Shown: one piece after another, positions 28,268-37,658 of the stretch | Layout: the number at the start of each line of letters is the position of its first letter | How positions within the stretch are numbered: the stretch's first letter is position 1 | Assembly: GCA_023444045.1 (NCBI GenBank) | Contig: JAEZRQ010000005.1 | Span: 101,726 to 165,725 of the forward strand | Source: Candidatus Parcubacteria bacterium | GTDB taxonomy: Bacteria; Patescibacteriota; Patescibacteriia; Patescibacteriales; UBA12465 | Direction of reading: 5' to 3' | Length of the DNA: 64,000 nucleotides | Notes under the pieces: generated by a model | What the model saw: only the letters and a program-made list of their open reading frames with translations | What the model was told of the DNA's origin: nothing | Database searches by the model: none | Made by a program: the position numbers and the translations under genes

Positions 28268-29296
28268 TTAATCTACAATATAATTCTTATTAATATTTTT
28301 TTCGGTACAGCTAATTACTTTCTTCAGTATCTTCACTGCCTCAAGGGAGTAATCTCCAACCGTGGTTTCATCAGATAGCATCACCATATCAGCTCCATCT
28401 AACACAGCATTAGCAATATCGCTAACCTCAGCCCTAGTTGGGTGAGGATTTTTAATCATTGAAGTCATCACTTGTGTAGCTAAGATTGCTGGCTTATTAT
28501 GCCAGTGAGAATGTCTGATTAAATTCTTCTGAATAATTGGCAACTCTTCAATCGGCACTTCAATGCCTAAATCACCACGAGCCACCATAATAACATCTGA
28601 AGCTTCAATAATTTCGTCAATATTTTTCAGAGCGATTCCTCTCTCAATCTTGGAAATAATTTTTACCTTACTTTTTTTACCTAAAATATTTCTTAAGCGA
28701 ATAACATCAGCGGCAGTTTGTACAAAAGAAAGAGCTACATAATCCATTCCTGCTTTTAAACCAAATTTTACATCCTCAATATCTTTGGCGGTTAAACCGC
28801 CACTTTTAATATTAGTAAAGGGAACATTAATGCCTTTATTAGAACTCAGTACGCCATTATTAATAACTTTAGCAGTAATTATCTTATCCTTTACTTTTTC
28901 AACGATAAGCTCAATGGCGCCATTACACAAAAATAGTGGATGCCCCTTTTTAATGTCTTTATATAAATCAGGATTATCAATCGGAATAATACCCCCTTCT
29001 TTATAAGGTGTCTTAGAATAAGAAAAGTCATATACTTCATTAACTCTCATCATAATGCCACCCTCTGGAAACTTGCCAACACGGATGCGCGGACCTTGTA
29101 AATCCATCATTAGGGAAACATGACGTTTACTTGTTTTGTTAAATTTATCAACAATCTTTTTAACTCTCTTGTATTGATCATAGGTGGCGTGAGAAAAATT
29201 AACACGAACCATATCAACACCATTTTTCAAAAGGGCGGTTAAAGCTGCTTCTGATTCTGATTTAGGGCCAATAGTAGCCACAATTTTTGTGTTCAT
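28268..29296 (-). CDS. pyk: pyruvate kinase, A+B domains only (342 aa)
   Basis: [32 protein letters not shown]. Ends where the C-terminal allosteric domain would begin. Confidence 0.9.
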   Translation of the reverse strand: MNTKIVATIGPKSESEAALTALLKNGVDMVRVNFSHATYDQYKRVKKIVDKFNKTSKRHVSLMMDLQGPRIRVGKFPEGGIMMRVNEVYDFSYSKTPYKEGGIIPIDNPDLYKDIKKGHPLFLCNGAIELIVEKVKDKIITAKVINNGVLSSNKGINVPFTNIKSGGLTAKDIEDVKFGLKAGMDYVALSFVQTAADVIRLRNILGKKSKVKIISKIERGIALKNIDEIIEASDVIMVARGDLGIEVPIEELPIIQKNLIRHSHWHNKPAILATQVMTSMIKNPHPTRAEVSDIANAVLDGADMVMLSDETTVGDYSLEAVKILKKVISCTEKNINKNYIVD

Positions 29297-29328
29297 AATT
29301 ATATCTTAAAAAATAAATAACCGAATAC

Positions 29329-29357
29329 AGTATAAATTAAATCTTAATTTTTGCCAA
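29329..29357 (-). promoter_or_regulatory. sigma70-like promoter for pyk-eno
   Basis: Minus strand TTGGCA (29357-29352), 17 nt spacer, TATACT (29334-29329). Confidence 0.55.
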
Positions 29358-29371
29358 GTTCCGCCTTAAAG

Positions 29372-30517
29372 CTATTTAATCTTCTTAAGCTTCTCCATTA
29401 ACTTTGCAAAAAATTCTAAATTATTTAAACTAGCGAGTTTTTGGCCAAGAGGCTCATTAACTTTAAAAAGATGATGCAGATAAGCCTTAGTATAATTTTT
29501 TAACTCAGTAATAGAACTTTTTTTATTAATCGGTGTAAAATCATTAGCATAACCACTATTATTGATATTAATGCTGTGATAAAAGTCTGGTGCTTTAGTC
29601 ACCACTTTATTTAAATTCTTTGGTAACTTAAAACCAGAAAAATTTTGATTAAAATAAAATAATTTACCGTGTCTACCCTCGCGAGTGGGAATCACACAAT
29701 CAAACATATCCCAACCCATTAAATAAGAGCGGTAAATATCTTCTGGAGTGCCGACCCCTAGAGCAAAGCGGAGAGAGTCTTTGGGAATATAAGAAGCAGT
29801 TTTATAAACTACCTCGGCTAAAAAATTACCAGCTTGATCAACTGGGCGAGCGCCAAATCCATAACCATCAAAACCAATTTCGGATAATTCTTTAGCGCAC
29901 TTCTCCCTTAAATCTAGCTCTGCTCCACCCTGAATAACGCCAAAAAGAAGAGGTCTTTTACTCTTAGTTATCTTTCTTTTTTTAATTTGTTTTAAATATT
30001 CAGCTTTACAGCGCTTAGCCCAGGCAATGGTGCGATCAACTGCCTTCTCTAAATCTTTTCTGGAAAATTCGTTTGGCGGACAATCATCTAAGCAAACCAT
30101 CATATCAACCCCTAAATCAAATTGAATTTGAATTGATTTTTCTGGACTAAGTTCATGTTTGGAACCATTAATTGGGGACTTAAAAATAACCTTATCATCA
30201 CTAATTTTTCCCATGTTTTGACTCCGATGAATTAAAGAGAAAACTTGAAAGCCGCCGCTATCAGAGAGCAGCGGTCTTTTACAGTTCATAAACTTATTAA
30301 TTCCACCAGCCTTTTTAATTAACTCCGGTCCTGGCTGCAAGTATAAATGAAAGGTATTAACCACCATCGCGGGCGTCTTGGTCTGCAAAACCTCTGACTC
30401 ACTAAGCGCCTTAATCACCCCTCTGGTGGCATCGGGCATGAAAAATGGGGTTTTAAGAGTACCATGAGGCAGCGTTATCTCCCCACAGCGATTTTTTGTT
30501 TTTTTCAGTTTAAACAT
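29372..30517 (-). CDS. tgt: tRNA-guanine transglycosylase homolog (no zinc-site cysteines)
   Basis: LSDSGGFQVFSL, LGVGTPEDI, DMFDCVIPTREGRHG, AYLHHLF. No Cys anywhere after DMFDC. Confidence 0.8.
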   Translation of the reverse strand: MFKLKKTKNRCGEITLPHGTLKTPFFMPDATRGVIKALSESEVLQTKTPAMVVNTFHLYLQPGPELIKKAGGINKFMNCKRPLLSDSGGFQVFSLIHRSQNMGKISDDKVIFKSPINGSKHELSPEKSIQIQFDLGVDMMVCLDDCPPNEFSRKDLEKAVDRTIAWAKRCKAEYLKQIKKRKITKSKRPLLFGVIQGGAELDLREKCAKELSEIGFDGYGFGARPVDQAGNFLAEVVYKTASYIPKDSLRFALGVGTPEDIYRSYLMGWDMFDCVIPTREGRHGKLFYFNQNFSGFKLPKNLNKVVTKAPDFYHSININNSGYANDFTPINKKSSITELKNYTKAYLHHLFKVNEPLGQKLASLNNLEFFAKLMEKLKKIK

Positions 30518-30523
30518 AAGTTT

Positions 30524-32491
30524 TTATTCTACCAGACCAGAATTATTAAAACCAGCAATACTATCATCTTCTAGTTTAGAGGTTTTAGCGCCCATTTTTT
30601 TTTCAATAAATGATTTTGTGTCTTGATCAGTAGCACTAACGGTTGAATCGGAAATCAATACTAATAAAGTATTACGCTGTTTCTCAGTCGGCACAAAGCC
30701 GATGCTAAAACTAGCCTGAGCCCTATAAGTAGAAACCGGCAAATTACCAATATTCCAAATAACCGACCTAGTTTCATTATTAAAACTAACGCCACCAACT
30801 GAGGCCTTTTCTCCACCTTCAAAGAAAATATAATCTGGCAATTTAGTGACTACTGTAGCACCGCTTAACTCATGTAAATTATTATCAATCTGCCAATAAA
30901 CTTTTAAGGTTGTTCTCTGGCCAACTTTTGGCGGGAAAGGTCCGGAGCCAACCGGTAAATTATTCTCGTCAAAATAAAGAATCTTCTCATTAAGCCTCAA
31001 GTCACTATTAATTTTAGTTATAATATTATTACTCTTACTATCATTGGCGCCAATTTGTTTATTATTAATATTAAATTGGGCATAACTTTGAATTTCCAAA
31101 CTCTTACCCAAGTCATCATCGGTATAAGGCTTAACTCCAATAGAAAAATTAATTTCACCCTCTTCATTAGGAGCTAAGTCTTCTAAGCCGGGGATGTTTT
31201 CCTTAGTCCAGATGATAGTGTTACCACTAACTTTACCATTATGTTTATCTTTTAAGGTCGCCCAATCTAAGAAATCCCCTCTTAAAACTGCCATTATTAT
31301 GACATCGTTTAAATGACCGTCACTTTTATTAGTATAATTTAAAGAATAGTTTATTGTATCACCAAAATTAACAGTATTATCATTCTTACTCTCGTTAGAT
31401 GTTAGAGTAAGATTTAAATTACTGTTCATAACATTAAGCTGGATAATTTTCTCCGCAAAAACATAAGTTTTGCCATCATCAGCTTTTTTGCTTAAACGAA
31501 TAATTATCTCTTGGCTATCACTGACTTTTTTATTTACTTTATAACTAACAGGTAATACATACTTGTCAGTAGTAGAAGATAATCCACTTACTTGCCAAAA
31601 CAAGCTACTTGTTTTAGAGACTATTAAAGAAGATGAAGTGGCCTCTGTATTTAGAGAATTTAAAATGATATTTTCTGGGAATAAAAAGGAAAGCTCAAAA
31701 TCGTCTAAAAAGTTTTCTTTAACACTGGAAAAAATTAAATTGACTTCGCTAACATCACCAACCAGCACCGCATTAGCATAATCAAAATCAACATCAAATC
31801 CTAAATCATTAACTAAAACGGAAGCAAAGGCCTCCTTTTTAAACTCACTGGAAAAATCTCCCGGTTCATACGTCAGGTTGGCAAATAATGTAGAATGGGT
31901 ATCTTTTTTGGAAATTATTTTTCCGGTAACCAGAATTTCAACCTCTTCACCAATAGAAACCGTTGGCAAATCAAAATAATTCTTAGACCCCGAGCTACTT
32001 ATCAGACTCTCACTACCAAAATTTACCTGAGAAGGAATAAAGTTGTCAGGATATTTTAATTCAAGTTTAACTGAGTTAAGTAAGTATTTTCCGGTATTTT
32101 TATATTTTATTTTATAAGCAAACTCTTCTCCAGCTTTAATTGTTTCAGGGGCGCTCACCGATAATTCTACCGCCGAGGTATCAAGCGGTTGATTAAAAAA
32201 ATAAAAGTAGAAACCATAAGCCAAACTACAAATAACCGCTAACACAAAAACTCTTTTTAAAATAGTTACAAAAAGAGATCTCTTATTACGATTCATTTTA
32301 GAGACATCTACTAAGTCACCACGGGAATCGCGGTATATTTCCGACAAATTATCATCGAGCTCTTCTTTTTTAACTCCCTGTTTCACCGCTTGTTCAAAAA
32401 TTTTCACCTCCTCATTACTAGGGACTGGTCTTTCTATGAAAACAGGACGAACAGTTTTGTTATTACTTAGTTTGTCTTTTTTAAATATCAT
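30524..32491 (-). CDS. large membrane-anchored surface protein with repeated beta-sandwich (DUF11-like) segments
   Basis: About 95-aa cytoplasmic N-terminus, one TM (VFVLAVICSLAYGFYFYFF), then a long S/T/N-rich extracellular region. Start moved to ATG at 32491 (MIFKKDK). Confidence 0.55.
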   Translation of the reverse strand: MIFKKDKLSNNKTVRPVFIERPVPSNEEVKIFEQAVKQGVKKEELDDNLSEIYRDSRGDLVDVSKMNRNKRSLFVTILKRVFVLAVICSLAYGFYFYFFNQPLDTSAVELSVSAPETIKAGEEFAYKIKYKNTGKYLLNSVKLELKYPDNFIPSQVNFGSESLISSSGSKNYFDLPTVSIGEEVEILVTGKIISKKDTHSTLFANLTYEPGDFSSEFKKEAFASVLVNDLGFDVDFDYANAVLVGDVSEVNLIFSSVKENFLDDFELSFLFPENIILNSLNTEATSSSLIVSKTSSLFWQVSGLSSTTDKYVLPVSYKVNKKVSDSQEIIIRLSKKADDGKTYVFAEKIIQLNVMNSNLNLTLTSNESKNDNTVNFGDTINYSLNYTNKSDGHLNDVIIMAVLRGDFLDWATLKDKHNGKVSGNTIIWTKENIPGLEDLAPNEEGEINFSIGVKPYTDDDLGKSLEIQSYAQFNINNKQIGANDSKSNNIITKINSDLRLNEKILYFDENNLPVGSGPFPPKVGQRTTLKVYWQIDNNLHELSGATVVTKLPDYIFFEGGEKASVGGVSFNNETRSVIWNIGNLPVSTYRAQASFSIGFVPTEKQRNTLLVLISDSTVSATDQDTKSFIEKKMGAKTSKLEDDSIAGFNNSGLVE

Positions 32492-32498
32492 AAAATTA

Positions 32499-34865
32499 TT
32501 AATTATTGTTTGATAATAACCAAGAATAAAAAGAATCACTTTTTAGATAAAAAGAATTTTCCATTTTCTCAGTGTCAAAAGAACTCCAAATAGTTTTTAG
32601 TTTAGGGGGTAAAATTAATTTATAAAAAACCCTACTTTCTTTGGCCCCTGGTTGTTTTTGAAATAAAATTGAATAGGGATAAAAATTATTTTTTCCGGGA
32701 TTGAGCCATTTATTAAGACGACTCATAAAATCACCTCTTTGTTGTACGGTTAAAATATCAAAGGGCAATTTATAAATTAAATTTATCTCGGCGGTCTGAC
32801 CGGGGTCAATCATCGTCCAATCAGCAAAAACAGTTTTATTATTTTCTTTATATATTTTAGTGGTGTCATTTAGATAAGTAATAGCTTGTCCTTCTGTCTG
32901 GGAGATAACTTCATTATCCCGCCAATTGTCATCTGGCAACTCAAAATATTCTGCGCTCGGAGAAGAAAATCCGTCAGCTGATAATAACTCACTACCCAGC
33001 GGAACATAAACTCTAAGCCAATTAACATTACGAACTCCTGTCAGTGGATCCGGTTTTTCACCGGTATGCTCTCTAATAATTTTTAATTTATTAATAACCG
33101 ATCCATCTGACGCAATCTCGGCATCAAGTTTAATAGTTTCCCTAATTACTCTATCAGTTTTCGCGCCAGCAATATTAGTGTTAGCAACCATCAAATAATC
33201 AAAGGGTGGTTGAATCATTTTTCCGCCCCAGTTTCTTAAAAGAACTGCCTCCTCAAGATCATTGTCGGTAAAATAGAACATTACTTGTTTAGCGGAAAGA
33301 CTATCTTCAAAAACTGCCAATAACTTAACTAAATTATCTTTATCTAGTTTAGTTGGTAAAATCTCTAAGATTTTTACCGTTAAATCACCAATTATTTTCT
33401 TTGGCTGATTGGTTTCACCAACTGGCAGGTGAGCTACTGTCTCTGGATTGTTGATTAAAATATTTTCTCTTTCTGTAGTTAATTGTACTTCCTGCCAAAA
33501 ATTATCAGCGCTAATTATTAGGCCATACTGTTCACTTAAATCAATTGGCCCGGTAATAGTTAGTAATTTTTCAATTACACTTGGAGTAAAAGCAATAACT
33601 CCATCAACAGTCGGTCCATCACTCTTTTCATAAAACCACATTAAGTTCTTAGCAGTGGTTGGCCAGTCAGGCCACCAGTTAGCATCCCAAAAATGCCACA
33701 TGGGGTTAACCAACCATAGAGGCTCTGGTGCTTTAACTCTTTCTTTTAATCCCGCCTCAGTGTCATAGGAACCCCCTCCCGGAATTTCTAAATTACGTAT
33801 TTTCCCTTCCCGAAAATCAACTAAAGCATAGCTTCCCAAAAAACCGCCAGAACCTCTCATCTCAGCATTATTCTGAAAAACCAGAAGATATCTCTTATCT
33901 TTGCCAGAACCTAAAAAACTTTTTATCTCTTCAGTATTATCAAAAACCAGTGTTAAGTTTTCTAGAATTTTATCCATTTTATAGGTAATATCTAAAAAAG
34001 CATTTTGATAATCAGCAGGCAAATTACTAATATTTATCTGAGCTAATTCATTATTTAAAGCTTCTGCCTGACGTAAAACAACCTGGCCATTATTTTCAAA
34101 GCTACTGATAATCTCGAGCCAATTGCCGTTATTATTATTTAAGCCAGCTAGTGTCTCCGAAAGAGACGCTCCTAGTTCTGAACCAAGTAAGCCAATTTTT
34201 AAGAATTTTTTACTTTCAGCAGCTAATTTAATATTTGAATCTGCTGATAGTGCAGCTAGAGATAAAATCTGATCATTAATAATCGCCATTTCCTCACTCG
34301 CCTTTAGAAAGTCTGATCCGGCACTCTGAAAATGATACTGGGCTGATAATAAATCTAAGCCAGAGATTGCTTTTTGGGCCCCCACTAAATTATCTACGGC
34401 CGACTTTGACTTTTGGATGATATTGTCTTTGAAAGAAGATATTTGCAAAACGGGCAAAAGACTCACTAATTTAAAAATTAATATAATAGCGACCAGAACT
34501 AAAGAAAATGACCACGAAGAGTCCTTCCAATCTAATTTATTTTGATCAACTTTCAAAATTTTCCCATTATTTATAAGCTGCTTCCTGATTTTTTTAATCT
34601 CCCGCTCTTTACTTTCAAGTGCTCTATTAAATAGAAGGTGCTGTTTATTTAATTTCTTAATCACTACACTTTCTAAATCATGATATTTTTTGATAACTTT
34701 GTTTTTTTGACGCTTTAAAATCTTAACCCCTCTTTTGGTCTCAAGATCAATTTTTCTTTTAATTTCTTGAGTACTGAACTCTAGCCCGTCAAAACTATCT
34801 AAAAAATTGGGAACAATTTTTGATTGCTTAAAAATATTTTTCTTTTTTGAAAAAATTTTAAACAT
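32499..34865 (-). CDS. DUF4012-like membrane-anchored extracellular protein
   Basis: 788 aa; one TM near residue 120; central FQNNAEMRGSGGFLGSYALV motif as I remember it for DUF4012. Family assignment is from memory only. Confidence 0.5.
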   Translation of the reverse strand: MFKIFSKKKNIFKQSKIVPNFLDSFDGLEFSTQEIKRKIDLETKRGVKILKRQKNKVIKKYHDLESVVIKKLNKQHLLFNRALESKEREIKKIRKQLINNGKILKVDQNKLDWKDSSWSFSLVLVAIILIFKLVSLLPVLQISSFKDNIIQKSKSAVDNLVGAQKAISGLDLLSAQYHFQSAGSDFLKASEEMAIINDQILSLAALSADSNIKLAAESKKFLKIGLLGSELGASLSETLAGLNNNNGNWLEIISSFENNGQVVLRQAEALNNELAQINISNLPADYQNAFLDITYKMDKILENLTLVFDNTEEIKSFLGSGKDKRYLLVFQNNAEMRGSGGFLGSYALVDFREGKIRNLEIPGGGSYDTEAGLKERVKAPEPLWLVNPMWHFWDANWWPDWPTTAKNLMWFYEKSDGPTVDGVIAFTPSVIEKLLTITGPIDLSEQYGLIISADNFWQEVQLTTERENILINNPETVAHLPVGETNQPKKIIGDLTVKILEILPTKLDKDNLVKLLAVFEDSLSAKQVMFYFTDNDLEEAVLLRNWGGKMIQPPFDYLMVANTNIAGAKTDRVIRETIKLDAEIASDGSVINKLKIIREHTGEKPDPLTGVRNVNWLRVYVPLGSELLSADGFSSPSAEYFELPDDNWRDNEVISQTEGQAITYLNDTTKIYKENNKTVFADWTMIDPGQTAEINLIYKLPFDILTVQQRGDFMSRLNKWLNPGKNNFYPYSILFQKQPGAKESRVFYKLILPPKLKTIWSSFDTEKMENSFYLKSDSFYSWLLSNNN

Positions 34866-36068
34866 CTAATTCAAATTAATTAATTCTTTGTGATAAACCT
34901 GATTTGTTTGAACGGCGCATTCCCACCAACTGTATTTTTTAACTTGTTGTTTGCCCAAAGCTGATAAAGAGTTTCTTTCTGTCTCACTATTTATCACTCT
35001 TTTAATTACTTTAATCATTTCCTCTTTATTATAGGGATTAAAATAAGCAGCTGCCTCACCTAAAACTTCTGGCATGCTAGCACAGTTTGAACTAATAACC
35101 GGACAGCCATTAGCCATTGCTTCAAGTGGTGGCAAGCCAAACCCTTCATAAAAAGACGGGAAAACATAAGCGGTGGCCTCTTGATAAAGTGTCTCTAAAT
35201 CAACATCAGGCACGTAACCGGTAAAAACGACTGGGGTATTGTGATTATCTTTTTGCCAAAGATTATTTGACTTAGCAAACTCCTTTATCTGATTATAAAA
35301 ATAATCTTCTTTACCAACTAAAACTAAACGCAAATTATTTTGCTCATTGTGTATTTTAGCAAAAGCAGAAATCAGGCCGTCTAAATTCTTATGAGGATAA
35401 GCATTACCAACATATAGCAAAAAAGGGCCTTTTATATTATACAGAGCGAGAGTTTTTTCGTTATTTAATTTAGCAACAAACAAAGAATCGTTTCCCTTAT
35501 TTAAATTAGCAGCTCCTTCATAAGTAACCACAACCTTTTCTTCCTTAGCTCTAAATTTTTCAATAATATCTTTTTTAGTAAAATTGGAAATAGTAATAAT
35601 TTTTTTAGCTCTCTTTACGGCCGAGGAAATAATTATACGATAAGCGAAGTCTTTTAACCAATAAATTAAAGGGTGTAAGGTTGAGGCTCTGGGTGTTGGA
35701 AATTTAGTTAAAATAAGGTCATGAATAGTAACCAGATATGGGCCTGGTTTAAAAAATGGCACATTAAAATGAGGAAAATGCATTAAGTCAATGCCCTCTT
35801 TCAGCCACCTAAATGGCACTTCAAATTGTTCCGCTAGAGTATACCAACGAGATTTAATAACTTTTTTACGGACATGCTCATTAGGACAAATAAATTCATC
35901 ATAATTATCCGGTGCTAAAAAAATAATAAAATCTAATAGCTCATCTTCATTAAGCTTGATAATATTATCAACTATTTCCTGAGTATAGCGCCCCAGCCCT
36001 TTTCCTAAAGGTCCATAAAAACGGGCATCAATACCGACTAAGCGGCGTTTTCTAAGTTCTTTCTTCAT
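34866..36068 (-). CDS. glycosyltransferase, GT4 (group 1) family
   Basis: C-terminal [20 protein letters not shown] motif. Confidence 0.85.
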   Translation of the reverse strand: MKKELRKRRLVGIDARFYGPLGKGLGRYTQEIVDNIIKLNEDELLDFIIFLAPDNYDEFICPNEHVRKKVIKSRWYTLAEQFEVPFRWLKEGIDLMHFPHFNVPFFKPGPYLVTIHDLILTKFPTPRASTLHPLIYWLKDFAYRIIISSAVKRAKKIITISNFTKKDIIEKFRAKEEKVVVTYEGAANLNKGNDSLFVAKLNNEKTLALYNIKGPFLLYVGNAYPHKNLDGLISAFAKIHNEQNNLRLVLVGKEDYFYNQIKEFAKSNNLWQKDNHNTPVVFTGYVPDVDLETLYQEATAYVFPSFYEGFGLPPLEAMANGCPVISSNCASMPEVLGEAAAYFNPYNKEEMIKVIKRVINSETERNSLSALGKQQVKKYSWWECAVQTNQVYHKELINLN

Positions 36069-36079
36069 GAAAAAATAAA

Positions 36080-37582
36080 TTAAACAAAAGGTAAGTCAAC
36101 TGGCGGTTTGGCATTACCAGATTCCTCTTTCGTTTTAGGTGCATTTCCTCTACCAGATTCTTCCACCCAAAATAAGGACTCTATTTCTGAATCGTTATTT
36201 TCTGTTTTAGCCTGTTTAGCGTTCAAATTATTATCTGACTTTGAAGATTCTGTCTTAAAAATATCTGGTGGTAAATCATTGCTGGAATTTTCTTCAAATA
36301 AAGGCAAAGATGATGGCGCATCCGCTTTTCTGCCGGGAGCTTTTTGAATAAATGGTGCCTTAACACTACTTTCAAGAGGAAAGTGCCATAAAGTAGCCAA
36401 CTCTTCAATATTTAATACCCCAGGATTTCTGCCGGCCGTACTACGACCAACATAATTCTCCATTAAGAGATTTTTTTTAGTAATTAAGCGCGAATCTTTA
36501 GTAAAATAAGCTGTTTTTGTGGCCGTAACATTCATATCTGGCTTTAGATTATTCATGTCTAGAGCCGCAAATTGTTTTACCCAACCAACTAAACCGCTAA
36601 CTACCTTTGCCTTGTTTAAAAGTTCCTTTTTCGCGACATAAACAACTCTCATCTTAAACTCAAAACCTAACTTAGAAGCTTTAGTTTGAATCGCTTCTAT
36701 TTGTTTTTGTTTCTTAGGAGTTAGCTCCATCATGGAAATAGATTTAGTCTCTTTTGGTTTAACATCTGACCAAATTGCAAATACGTGCTCACTTAAATCA
36801 CCGAGCCAAGTAACAAAACGCAGGAAACTACTCTCTTCCTTAGCCACCTTACCTAAAATCTTATCAACTTCTTTATCAGCCCTTTTTACCCAATCAAAAC
36901 CAGTAGGAATAACAATAAATTGAATCCATAACTGTTCTCCAGATCTTAATGAGCTGCACAAATCCATTAAAGAAGCCATTGGGTCTTTAAATTGCGTCTC
37001 CCCCTCAATCAGGCTGTGTTCAAACTCCTTATAAAGCTTAATTGGATAAACATCTGGAGATCCTTGAATAAATTCCACTCCCCAAATATCCCAAACTTCA
37101 TCAGGAAATTTCGTGGGCATTCCTTCGGTGTAGTCATCGATCTCAGAAATTTCCGCATCAGGATATTGTGAATAGATTGCCGATTCAATCAAAAAACGGG
37201 ACTCCACTGGGGTCCTAATCAGAAACTGAGTATAGCCATCAATAGAAACAATTTCAAAGCTAAAAGATTGCTGAAATCTCCCCTCAAACCACTTCTCCCA
37301 GAAACTAATAGAACCATGAGCACCGCCTAAATAAGTAAATAAATTTTCTACCGCTTTAGGGGACTGAATATTCCCCCGAGGAATATCTATCGCCAAAATA
37401 ACATTCTTTAAGGTAGCGGCAAACTTATTCTGCATGTAAAATAAATAAACCTCTCTCGCCCCCCACAGAAAAATTACCGCTAGAATCATCCAGCCAATAT
37501 TATAAAAAAACATCCAAAACATTTGGTCAGGTGTAGCATTCCAAAACTCCATCAAACGTGAGGTGTTGATAGTGATATTCAT
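36080..37582 (-). CDS. hypothetical membrane-anchored 500-aa protein
   Basis: One or two N-terminal TM segments, large soluble region, low-complexity S/N/E tail. Family not recognised. Confidence 0.55.
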   Translation of the reverse strand: MNITINTSRLMEFWNATPDQMFWMFFYNIGWMILAVIFLWGAREVYLFYMQNKFAATLKNVILAIDIPRGNIQSPKAVENLFTYLGGAHGSISFWEKWFEGRFQQSFSFEIVSIDGYTQFLIRTPVESRFLIESAIYSQYPDAEISEIDDYTEGMPTKFPDEVWDIWGVEFIQGSPDVYPIKLYKEFEHSLIEGETQFKDPMASLMDLCSSLRSGEQLWIQFIVIPTGFDWVKRADKEVDKILGKVAKEESSFLRFVTWLGDLSEHVFAIWSDVKPKETKSISMMELTPKKQKQIEAIQTKASKLGFEFKMRVVYVAKKELLNKAKVVSGLVGWVKQFAALDMNNLKPDMNVTATKTAYFTKDSRLITKKNLLMENYVGRSTAGRNPGVLNIEELATLWHFPLESSVKAPFIQKAPGRKADAPSSLPLFEENSSNDLPPDIFKTESSKSDNNLNAKQAKTENNDSEIESLFWVEESGRGNAPKTKEESGNAKPPVDLPFV

Positions 37583-37588
37583 AGCTTT

Positions 37589-37597
37589 ATTTTACCA
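37589..37597 (-). promoter_or_regulatory. extended -10 element 6 nt upstream of the ATG (candidate leaderless start)
   Basis: Minus strand TGGTAAAAT (37597-37589), then AAAGCT, then ATG (37582). Lies immediately after the terminator of the upstream gene. Confidence 0.4.
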
Positions 37598-37604
37598 TAT
37601 TTAT

Positions 37605-37643
37605 TAAAAAACAAAAACGCCCCAGTCGAAAGCTGGGGCGTTT
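37605..37643 (-). terminator. intrinsic terminator after the sigma-r4/HARE-HTH gene
   Basis: 11-bp stem AAACGCCCCAG / CTGGGGCGTTT with a 7-nt loop, then UUGUUUUUU on the minus strand. Confidence 0.85.
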
Positions 37644-37658
37644 AAATCAAAGTGTTTT

